DNA of 32,000 nt from Promethearchaeia archaeon (GTDB lineage: Archaea; Asgardarchaeota; Lokiarchaeia; Sigyniarchaeales; SOKP01): contig JAWOFX010000130.1 of the NCBI GenBank assembly GCA_046497275.1, forward strand, positions 18,281 to 50,280, given 5' to 3'. The notes under the pieces are model-generated. The model made no database searches. It worked only from the letters and a program-made list of their open reading frames with translations, and had not been told where the DNA came from. Positions within the stretch are counted from its first letter, which is position 1. Each line of letters opens with the position of its first letter. A program made the translations under genes and the position numbers. This document shows positions 17,036-25,581 of this stretch, one piece after another.

Positions 17036-18298
17036 ATGAAAATGAACAATCAGAAAAGCAATTCTTCTGAAAAAATAATAGATCCAACCATTAGTACATT
17101 TAGACATTATTTAGTATTTTGGGGGGGGCAACTCTTTTCACTTCTTGGCTCCTCAATAGTCCAATTCGTAGTTATTTGGTGGATTACTGATATTACAGGC
17201 AGTGCTGTGCTCTTATCGATTACTGCTTTTTTTGCGTTTATACCAATTATTATTATCGGACCAGTTGCTGGAGTATATATTGATAGATGGAATCGAAAGA
17301 TGATAATTGCCGCGACGGATGCAATTCAAGCTTTATTAACGTTTTTTCTTATTATTGTGTTCCTATTTGGTTTTGTAGAAATTTGGATAATAATATTTTT
17401 AAATAGTTTGCGTGGGATCTGTCAAGCAATTCATTTCCCCGCAGTTAATGCAATTATTCCTATTATGGTGCCAAAGAAATATTTAAGTAGATTAAACGGT
17501 ATTAATTATTTATTTCAAGGGTTAATTAATTCTATGGGTCCTGTGTTTGGCGCTTTTTTCTTTGAACTCTGGGGTATAGAGGCAGCGTTATCAATTGATA
17601 TAATTACTTTTGGGATCGCATTATTTTTATTGCTGAGCATAAAAATTCCTAAAATTACAAAAAAAACAGTCAAATCATCATTTAAAATGGATTTTAAAAT
17701 GGGTATTAGAGTTCTTAAAATGGTACCTGGATTGCTTATTTTGCTAATCTTAATCTCCTCTGTTAATTTTTTAAGTGTTCCTTTTAATACATTGATGCCA
17801 TTATTCATAAAAAGGATTCATAATGGCAATTCCTATGATTTGGCTTATATTATGGCTTTAATACAAGTTGGTCTTGTTTTAGGATCAATCAGAGCTTCGA
17901 TAAAAAAAGTGTGGAGAAGGAAAGTTCATACCATTTTTGCGGGTATATTAATTGCAGTGATAGGATACTTCATGGCAACATTAGCACCTATTGGACTATT
18001 CTTTTTAATTGGTATAGGTGGTGCTATCCGAGCTTCTATGATTCCAATAATTAATACTAATTTCTTAACTATTATACAAACCAATGTGACCCAAGAAGCT
18101 CAAGGACGCGTTATGTCGATTGTACTCACTATTGCTTCCGCAATTTCTCCACTTGGAATGATTCTCTCGGGGCCATTATCAGAAATTTTTGGAATCGTAA
18201 CCCTATATTTTATTTGTGCTACACTTATCATAGTAAGTGTTATTATAGTTTACATTTCCACAAATGTCAGAAAAGTCAGATATGATTCAGAATTTTGA
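17036..18298 (+). CDS. MFS transporter, MefA/DHA3-like efflux family
   Basis: About 12 hydrophobic segments; 'FWGGQLFSLLGSSIVQF', MFS motif A 'GVYIDRWNRKMII', 'QGRVMS'. Confidence 0.88.
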   Translation: MKMNNQKSNSSEKIIDPTISTFRHYLVFWGGQLFSLLGSSIVQFVVIWWITDITGSAVLLSITAFFAFIPIIIIGPVAGVYIDRWNRKMIIAATDAIQALLTFFLIIVFLFGFVEIWIIIFLNSLRGICQAIHFPAVNAIIPIMVPKKYLSRLNGINYLFQGLINSMGPVFGAFFFELWGIEAALSIDIITFGIALFLLLSIKIPKITKKTVKSSFKMDFKMGIRVLKMVPGLLILLILISSVNFLSVPFNTLMPLFIKRIHNGNSYDLAYIMALIQVGLVLGSIRASIKKVWRRKVHTIFAGILIAVIGYFMATLAPIGLFFLIGIGGAIRASMIPIINTNFLTIIQTNVTQEAQGRVMSIVLTIASAISPLGMILSGPLSEIFGIVTLYFICATLIIVSVIIVYISTNVRKVRYDSEF

Positions 18299-18328
18299 AT
18301 ATTTGCCATTTAATGATATTTTTATACC

Positions 18329-18730
18329 TTATTTAATTTCGCTGCCACAATTGGGGCAGAATATTATTCCAAGATCAACATTTTCTCCGCAAAATGGACA
18401 ATACTTACTTTCACCACCAGTTATTATATCTGGTTCTTTTTTTGATTTTCTATTATTTGAGGATGTGATTCTATAAGGATTTTTAACCGGAGAAATAATT
18501 TTTTGTTTCTCTTCATGGCGTTTTATTTCCTTGTATTTAGCTTCCATTGGTCGGATAATGGAGCCACAATGAGCGCATCGATTTTCGTCTTTATTATACC
18601 AAATAGCCAAGTAGATAATTAATCCGATTCCACCTGTAAAAATTGCCAAGATTATAGCTAAACAAACATCGAACTCTTCTCGTTTAACATTAACAACTTG
18701 ATCACAATGAGGACAGTAACCAGAAGCCAT
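18329..18730 (-). CDS. LITAF-like CxxC-hydrophobic-CxxC membrane protein with C-terminal Zn ribbon, paralog 3
   Basis: CPHC-42 aa including 'VCLAIILAIFTGGIGLIIYLAIWY'-CAHC, then 'CPFCG...CPNCG'; closest to paralog 2. Confidence 0.82.
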   Translation of the reverse strand: MASGYCPHCDQVVNVKREEFDVCLAIILAIFTGGIGLIIYLAIWYNKDENRCAHCGSIIRPMEAKYKEIKRHEEKQKIISPVKNPYRITSSNNRKSKKEPDIITGGESKYCPFCGENVDLGIIFCPNCGSEIK

Positions 18731-18741
18731 TTTTCTTAATA

Positions 18742-18764
18742 ATTATACTATTTTATAGTATAAT
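18742..18764. promoter_or_regulatory. Perfect 9-bp inverted repeat, candidate operator of paralog 3
   Basis: ATTATACTA-tttta-TAGTATAAT, 12-34 nt upstream of the ATG at 18730. Confidence 0.4.
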
Positions 18765-18834
18765 AAAATTTAATATTTAGAATTAAAAAAGCAAAAAAAT
18801 TTTATAATTTTTTGGATAATATGCTGTGCTTGAT

Positions 18835-19272
18835 TTAAGGATTTTCAAGTTCTTTAGTCCCTTGTTCCCATCCGCAATAGGGGCAGATCTCTGCTTTTTT
18901 ATCGATATCTTGACCACAATTTTCACATTTTTTATATTCTCTCTTATCCATAGAATGTGTTTGCTGATTTTTCTCCTCTTTTTTACTTTTTTCTTCTTCT
19001 AATTTTTCCATGAGATTAATAACTGGAACTTTTTTAGGGTATTCTCCCGGTGAGCGATAAAAGTCCACTTTTGCACTACATCGAGGGCAGTAAATCTTTT
19101 TTTGAATAAAAAAGCGATAAATAAAGAATGCAACAAGAGCAATACCGAAGGTTGCTAAAGCGGCGATTATTAATATTTGATAATGAAAGGAAGTGAGTGA
19201 TTTTCTTTTAGGTTTTTTCACAGGTTTTCCACATTGAGTACAAAATGCATATTTTTTCCCCATATTCTTCAT
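18835..19272 (-). CDS. LITAF-like CxxC-hydrophobic-CxxC membrane protein with C-terminal Zn ribbon, divergent paralog 4
   Basis: CTQC-47 aa including 'ILIIAALATFGIALVAFFIY'-CPRC, then 'CENCG...CPYCG'. Start may be Met at 19263. Confidence 0.78.
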   Translation of the reverse strand: MKNMGKKYAFCTQCGKPVKKPKRKSLTSFHYQILIIAALATFGIALVAFFIYRFFIQKKIYCPRCSAKVDFYRSPGEYPKKVPVINLMEKLEEEKSKKEEKNQQTHSMDKREYKKCENCGQDIDKKAEICPYCGWEQGTKELENP

Positions 19273-19464
19273 CTATATTATAATCATTTTTTTATTTAAT
19301 TTTTTATTTCTTCGTATATTGAGTTACTCTCAATGCTAAGAATAAGAATATTGATCTAAACAAAACTTCTAAGTTTACTCACCATAATAATTATTTTAAT
19401 TACCTTAAATATTTATACAAAATTTTATATTACATTAATCAAATGTAAATTCTAATATTAAAGA

Positions 19465-20190
19465 ATGGGGATAAAAATAGTAAAAATCAAATCAAAAGAG
19501 AATATTTTAAAACATATCGAAATTAAACGAATTAAGCACATAAACTACGCAGAAGGTATTTTTAAAATTTTAAATGAGCGATTGTTAACCTATGAGGAAT
19601 ATAGAAAATTAAATGATAAAGAAAAAGAAAAATTTACTAATGAAGGATTTGTTATTGGGCAACATTCTCTGCAAACCTTACAGGAATGGATTGAAAATGA
19701 CAAAAATTACATAATCACTGCAGAATTAAGATCTGGCGAAGATAAAGAAATTATAGGATTTACTTTAATTTTAGGAACGGAAGATATTCAAGATTTGGTT
19801 AGAAAATATGCTAAGCAAATCATATTTGAGAAAGAAGCTTATAAAAAGATAATCTCTAAAAACGATTTCTTATATTTGATTCAAATATGTGTAGCAAAAA
19901 ATTTTTCTAATTTAAAGATTGGGACCAAAATTATAGATGAAAGTTTCAAATTGATCAATAAAGCGATTGTATCATTCGTCATAAAATCGCCTATTCAAAA
20001 TAAGGCATCTCTTTATTTTCATTTAAAAAATGGATTTAGATATCTAGGAGATTATTTAGGAGATTATGGCGATTTTAAGAATTATAGTTCTACTGGACTT
20101 ATTTATATTCAAAAAAATCCTCCAATAATGAATAGCGATATATTAAACTTGATCGAATATATTAACAAAGAAAAAAGAGAGAGTGAATAA
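19465..20190 (+). CDS. GNAT-family acetyltransferase-like protein
   Basis: 'IIGFTLI', motif A-like 'YLIQICVAKNFSNLKIGTKII', motif B 'NKASLYFHLKNGF'. Confidence 0.7.
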   Translation: MGIKIVKIKSKENILKHIEIKRIKHINYAEGIFKILNERLLTYEEYRKLNDKEKEKFTNEGFVIGQHSLQTLQEWIENDKNYIITAELRSGEDKEIIGFTLILGTEDIQDLVRKYAKQIIFEKEAYKKIISKNDFLYLIQICVAKNFSNLKIGTKIIDESFKLINKAIVSFVIKSPIQNKASLYFHLKNGFRYLGDYLGDYGDFKNYSSTGLIYIQKNPPIMNSDILNLIEYINKEKRESE

Positions 20191-20211
20191 TCTCTCAAAT
20201 TAATTATTAAA

Positions 20212-23200
20212 TTATAAAACTTGCTTTTTCTTCTGTCTTTGATATTTTATCCATGCAAATATACCGAATATTAGAAAGAGTGCTAAAAACCCGTATATTA
20301 GCCCATATATAAGAATCTCTGCCAGAGGGACCACATCATCTAAGATGGTAAATGATGTTCCTAAAAGGTCAATATTAAAAATTTTGGCATATGTTAAAAT
20401 TAAAAGTACAAAACTAGCGATAGTTCCCCCAGTACTGAAAAAGATTATTTTTGGTTCGAGAAATTCTAAAAATTTATCCATAAATGAGAGCCCTCCCCCA
20501 CCAACGTGAATTTTCAATGGACCAAATCTAGGTTTTAGAAACTTCCTCTTAAAATTGATAAAAATATTCATTGCTTCGGGGCTATTTTCTAAATCATGTA
20601 ATGAATACCCCTTTTCTAACGATTCAGCTCCGAAAATTTGATTTTCATCACGCTCTCTGTCTTTTTGGATTCTACTTTGTTTTTGACTAAAATTAGGATT
20701 AATTACATCAATAACTTCTTCTTTTAACATCTTTATTTCTTTACGGAATTTCAATTGTTCTTTCTTGAGAACAGAAATTTGTTCTAATATTTCAGAACCT
20801 TTAAAATCTGGCATTAAATTGGATTCAAATTCTATTCTAATATCAGTAATATCCACGATCGCAATCGGTTCAAGTCTATACCCCCCATCAATTTTAAACA
20901 TAGCGATATCACTCCAATTACCTTCCTCATCGGGTATAAAATTATTGAATTGTACATCAGCAATATCTCCTCTATCAGACTTCATCTGTACTACTATAGA
21001 TTTTATTAGAGGTATAAACAATTTATTTACTCCTTTAAGTATCAATTTAAACACTAATGCAGTTTCTGTTCTATCTTCAATTTGGAGAGTATTTATATTT
21101 GGTCCCAATTCTTTCCACTCAAACCCCTCCAATGGAGAAGGTCCTTGACCAGAAAATTCGAGATCAAAATACCATTCTTCTGAAATTAGATTTGATAGAT
21201 TTTCACCAATAGATCTGAGCACTCCTAACCAGTAAAGACTTTCTGACTCACTTATACCTATGAGAAACTCATTTAAAGCTATTTTTAAATTCTCCTCATT
21301 GTCTTGACCAAACTCTCCATCATTAAATAACTGAAATATTTTTGATAACCACGGAGCATGACCTGAATGCCCAAGCAATCTCCAGCTTTCAAGTTTTTGT
21401 TTAAGATACACCAAAATTACGTCTTTTCTCTTAATAGAATATTCTGTATCTAGAGGCTCTAAACCATAAATTATACGGATTATATCAGGATTACACATAT
21501 CATCCGGAAGAAGATCATAAGTACACCCCGTTTGAATCTGAGAAACCAGAGTATCTTGCTCAATTGTTAGCTTACCGGCTTTATCTATTTCTCCTCTATT
21601 AATAAATTCTGCAATATCCCATATCAAAATATCATTATCATAAGAAGCGGATATTAGCTTATCTTTATAAATTTCTAAATCTTTTACTCCTTCAGAATGT
21701 CCTTCTAGCGTTTTTAAACAAGTTCCCTTTTCTAAATCCCAAATTTTTATTGTTTTATCAAGTGAACCAGAGAATACTATACCATTCTTTATTTGAACCG
21801 TTAAAACTTGATCTTTGTGTCCAGTGAAGATTCTCTTAGTTTTTCCGGACTTAATATTAAATGCCCGAATAGTTTTATCAGCAGAAGCTGAAACAACTAT
21901 TCCATCTTCATAATCAATATGAAATATCTCATCATTATGCCCTTTAAGGACCTTTAAACACTTACCAGACTTTTCCCATACTCTTATTGTTGCATCTGAC
22001 CCCGCTGTTAATATTCTTTCCTTTGAAGCTATAACCGCACTATAAACTGCATAAGTATGACCTTTTAAAATTTTAATTATATCTCCCGTATTAATATCCC
22101 AGATTATAGCAGTATTATCCCATGAAGTTGTTACAGCAGTTCCATTTTTTAAGGCGACGCGATAAGTTGATCCTTCATGTTTTTCTAATTTACGTAAGGT
22201 TTCACCTGTATTTAGGTCTATTACATAATAATCTCCTTTATCAGATGAGGTGATTGCTATATTATCCTCACTTGCTAAACCCCAAATCCATCCTGAATAT
22301 CCAAGATCAATTTCCTTAATAAATTCAAGACTCTCTAGATCCCATATTTTTAAAAGGCTTTCCTTTCCGGTGGAAATTAGTTTATTATTTGCAATAGAGA
22401 CCCCTAAGACTTCGTCTTGGTGACCTTTAAGGGTTTTTATATCATGTATCGAATTATCATCCCAAATACGAATAGTTGTATCAGCTGAGGCAGAAATCAA
22501 AAAATTGTCTTCTTTCCAAATGCTTAATACCGCATCTGAGTGTCCTTCTAACTTCTTGATGCAATTTCCCGTATTAATATCCCATAAACGAATGGATTTA
22601 TCCTTTGAACACGAATACAAAATATTTCCTTCCAAAAAAAGATCTAATACGGTTCTTTTATGTCCATGGAATTCTCTAATCTTTTTCTTTCGTTTGAAAT
22701 CCCAAACGAATATAGTATTTGCTTGATCACCAGATACTATTAAATCTCCCTGACTATCCAAGCAATCAATCGCATCCCCATGTCCTTCATATGTATGGCA
22801 ACATGAGCATGTATTCATTTCCCAAACTTTAACACTGTGATCCCAAGAAGCGGAGATTATTTTATCTTTGTTAATTGCTACTTTAGATATTTTTCGATCA
22901 TGGCATTCAATGGTTTCTATACATATCCCTTGTTTCCAGTTCCAGACTTTAATTGTTTGATCTTCAGAACATGAAACAAGAGTATCCCCATATAATTTTA
23001 TATCTAAAACATTACCTTTGTGTCCCTCAAGAATTTTAAAGCAATTCCCACTTATTTTGTCCCATATTCTTATTGTGTTATCAAAACTTCCAGATGCTAT
23101 AATTTCGTCATCCACATCAACCGATGAGACAGTATTCGTATGGCCTTTCAAAATCTTTTTACATTCACCAGAAATTAGGTCCCAAATTCTTATTGTACAA

Positions 23201-23325
23201 TCTCTAGAGCCAGAAATTATTGTTTTCTTATAGATTTTAACATCTTCTACTGGTTCTAGATGTCCTTCTAATTTATTCTTATACAATATATTGTGTATTT
23301 CATATATTTTTTTACTAACAACCAT
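20212..23325 (-). CDS. WD40-repeat protein (14 repeats) with C-terminal unknown domains, coiled coil and two TM helices
   Basis: 14 ~40-aa GH...SxSxDxTIxxWD repeats in about the first 575 aa; heptad segment 'ILEQISVLKKEQLKFRKEIKMLKEEV'; two hydrophobic helices and a basic tail at the C-terminus. Confidence 0.9.
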   Translation of the reverse strand: MVVSKKIYEIHNILYKNKLEGHLEPVEDVKIYKKTIISGSRDCTIRIWDLISGECKKILKGHTNTVSSVDVDDEIIASGSFDNTIRIWDKISGNCFKILEGHKGNVLDIKLYGDTLVSCSEDQTIKVWNWKQGICIETIECHDRKISKVAINKDKIISASWDHSVKVWEMNTCSCCHTYEGHGDAIDCLDSQGDLIVSGDQANTIFVWDFKRKKKIREFHGHKRTVLDLFLEGNILYSCSKDKSIRLWDINTGNCIKKLEGHSDAVLSIWKEDNFLISASADTTIRIWDDNSIHDIKTLKGHQDEVLGVSIANNKLISTGKESLLKIWDLESLEFIKEIDLGYSGWIWGLASEDNIAITSSDKGDYYVIDLNTGETLRKLEKHEGSTYRVALKNGTAVTTSWDNTAIIWDINTGDIIKILKGHTYAVYSAVIASKERILTAGSDATIRVWEKSGKCLKVLKGHNDEIFHIDYEDGIVVSASADKTIRAFNIKSGKTKRIFTGHKDQVLTVQIKNGIVFSGSLDKTIKIWDLEKGTCLKTLEGHSEGVKDLEIYKDKLISASYDNDILIWDIAEFINRGEIDKAGKLTIEQDTLVSQIQTGCTYDLLPDDMCNPDIIRIIYGLEPLDTEYSIKRKDVILVYLKQKLESWRLLGHSGHAPWLSKIFQLFNDGEFGQDNEENLKIALNEFLIGISESESLYWLGVLRSIGENLSNLISEEWYFDLEFSGQGPSPLEGFEWKELGPNINTLQIEDRTETALVFKLILKGVNKLFIPLIKSIVVQMKSDRGDIADVQFNNFIPDEEGNWSDIAMFKIDGGYRLEPIAIVDITDIRIEFESNLMPDFKGSEILEQISVLKKEQLKFRKEIKMLKEEVIDVINPNFSQKQSRIQKDRERDENQIFGAESLEKGYSLHDLENSPEAMNIFINFKRKFLKPRFGPLKIHVGGGGLSFMDKFLEFLEPKIIFFSTGGTIASFVLLILTYAKIFNIDLLGTSFTILDDVVPLAEILIYGLIYGFLALFLIFGIFAWIKYQRQKKKQVL

Positions 23326-23601
23326 TAAACTTCTCTCTTTAAAAATTTGTAAAATTAATTTAATTTAGAAAAAATATCGAAATAATAACCATATTTATTA
23401 TAACATATCTTATATATTTTTACTTCTCTGTCGATAAATTACCTTAAAAATCAGGAAATGAATTACTGCAACCCATTTACTATATTCTAAATATATCTCT
23501 TTTCTATGGATCTAAGGATTATATTTTTTCCAATAAATAACCTTAAATTAGAGCATTAACAAACTAGTTAAGAGAATACATAATTATGGTGTAAATTTGA
23601 A

Positions 23602-24186
23602 GTGTTCTGTGCATTAGAAGGTATTGATGGATGTGGAACTAGCACTCATACTAGACTGCTAGGCGGATTTCTAAAACATAAAGGATATGATGTATTTTTA
23701 ACTCAAGAGCCTACTAAAAGTGAGATTGGAAATCTGGTTAGATACTTTCTAAAAAAAGAAGACTCACATCCTAGCATAGATGCTCTCTTATTTGCAGCTG
23801 ACAGAGCCTCTCATTACCATGAGGAGATCAAAAAGAAATTAAAGAAAAATTTTATTGTAATCTCAGATCGCTATATTGAATCTTCCATAGTCTATCAATC
23901 TGTACAATCAAAAGAAATCTCTCAAGAATGGGTAGAGTCACTCAACAAATTTGTTGGAAAACCTGATCTTACAATAATTTTAGATATAGATCCAAAAATC
24001 TCATTGTCAAGAAAGACGGGAGAAGAATTGGAGAAATTTGAAAATATTAACTTTTTAAAGAAAGTGAGAGAAGTGTATTTACAAAGAGCAAAGAAACAAA
24101 ATTATTATATTGTTAATTCAAATGATATAATAGAAATTGTTCAAGATCGTATTCAGAAGATAATCATTAAGCATTTAAACAGATAA
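23602..24186 (+). CDS. tmk: Thymidylate kinase (dTMP kinase)
   Basis: 'EGIDGCGTST', 'TQEPT', 'LLFAADR', 'ISDRY..SSIVYQ', 'PDLTIILD', 'EKFE'. GTG start. Confidence 0.9.
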   Translation: MFCALEGIDGCGTSTHTRLLGGFLKHKGYDVFLTQEPTKSEIGNLVRYFLKKEDSHPSIDALLFAADRASHYHEEIKKKLKKNFIVISDRYIESSIVYQSVQSKEISQEWVESLNKFVGKPDLTIILDIDPKISLSRKTGEELEKFENINFLKKVREVYLQRAKKQNYYIVNSNDIIEIVQDRIQKIIIKHLNR

Positions 24187-24311
24187 AAATTTTTTTAGAA
24201 TAAAAACAAATAAATGATTACCACTATTTTTTAAAATGGAATAATAATTCAGAATTCTAATCAATAGAAAAAAATAAATAATTCCAAAAGCTTGATACTT
24301 ACTCATCATAT

Positions 24312-25574
24312 ATGGAAAAAAGAAAATTAGACCAAGAATTTCGGCAAGATAGATTGTATGAATATGTGAAAAAATTTTCATTTCCCCGTCTAGCCGGCAC
24401 AGAAGGTGAAAAAAAGGCAATAGAATTAACAAAAAAAGCATTCAGTGATTTAAGTTTTTCAAAAAATCAGATTGAGACTGAATCATTCAAATTCTCGGAT
24501 TTTTATTCAACGACTCTTATTAAATTAATAGCAATGATTGATTTGCTCTTTCTTTTAATGATCGTCTTTTTTGCATATGTAGCTTTATGGATTTCAATAA
24601 TTATAATAATAGGATTAGTAATAATTGTATCGTTTATATTGCGAGGTTTACGTGATCCGGAAAATCCTGGTTTTTGGGGAAAATATTATGGAAACATATT
24701 TGATGCTGCGAATGTATATGTAAAAGTTCCTTCAAAAAAGATAAATGAAAATAAGGCAGGCAATATTGTAGTTTCTGCTCATCTAGATTCAAAATCTCAA
24801 TCTTTCCGTACTAGGTGGCGTGTTCTCTTGTATAAAATTTGGCTTTTTAGCGGAATATTTTTGGGGGTGTTTTTTGGTTTATATATCGTTTTATTCTTCC
24901 AACCTTATCAAATTCCCAATATTATTATAGAATTAGGTGTTTGGATACCAACTATCTTGATTTCATTTACTAACGTCTTATTAATGAATCTCAATACCCA
25001 TAATAAATCTCCAGGAGCCCTTGATAATGCATCTGGGATGGCTATCGTTTTTGAAGTAAGTTCATATTTTCGAAATCATCCATTAAATAATTTTAATATA
25101 TGGTTTTGCCAATATGATGTTGAAGAGCAAGGAACTATGGGGAGTAGGGTGTTCGTTAATAATCATGAAGATCAATTTGAAAAAGGGAAGATATTTCAGA
25201 TTAATTTTGACATGATTTCATGTCAAGGCAGTAAAAGGAATCGATTAGAATATTTGAAATCATATGGCATATTTCCAAGAAGGAAAGTTGCCCCATTACT
25301 AGGAAAATATTTTGAAGAAGCTGCGAGGGAAGAAGATATAGAGATCTATGGATTTCATCTTACAACAGGAGCTCATACGGATTCCGTTCCATATCATCAG
25401 AGGAACTATGATTCAATAGATTTAGGAACAAGAGCAGCTTCAAAATATAGTCATACCAAAAGAGACACACCTGATAAAGTAGATCCTAAAGTACTAAAGG
25501 AAGCATGCCTTCTGGCGAGGAGAGTTATCAAGAATTTGGACAATGATTTTCACAATTTGGATTTCGAAAATTAG
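24312..25574 (+). CDS. M28-family Zn metallopeptidase with internal TM segments
   Basis: 'FPRLAGTEGE', 'SAHLDS', 'PGALDNASG', 'DVEEQGTMGS', 'NFDMI', 'TDSVPY', 'SHTKRDTPD'; hydrophobic blocks at about aa 70-112 and 172-226. Confidence 0.85.
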   Translation: MEKRKLDQEFRQDRLYEYVKKFSFPRLAGTEGEKKAIELTKKAFSDLSFSKNQIETESFKFSDFYSTTLIKLIAMIDLLFLLMIVFFAYVALWISIIIIIGLVIIVSFILRGLRDPENPGFWGKYYGNIFDAANVYVKVPSKKINENKAGNIVVSAHLDSKSQSFRTRWRVLLYKIWLFSGIFLGVFFGLYIVLFFQPYQIPNIIIELGVWIPTILISFTNVLLMNLNTHNKSPGALDNASGMAIVFEVSSYFRNHPLNNFNIWFCQYDVEEQGTMGSRVFVNNHEDQFEKGKIFQINFDMISCQGSKRNRLEYLKSYGIFPRRKVAPLLGKYFEEAAREEDIEIYGFHLTTGAHTDSVPYHQRNYDSIDLGTRAASKYSHTKRDTPDKVDPKVLKEACLLARRVIKNLDNDFHNLDFEN

Positions 25575-25581
25575 GTAGGAT

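Noticed and set aside
20212-20235. C-terminal KKKQVL of the WD40 protein as a COPI di-lysine (KKxx) signal
   Set aside because: The lysines are at -4 to -6, not at the required -3 position; more simply a positive-inside stop-transfer tail.
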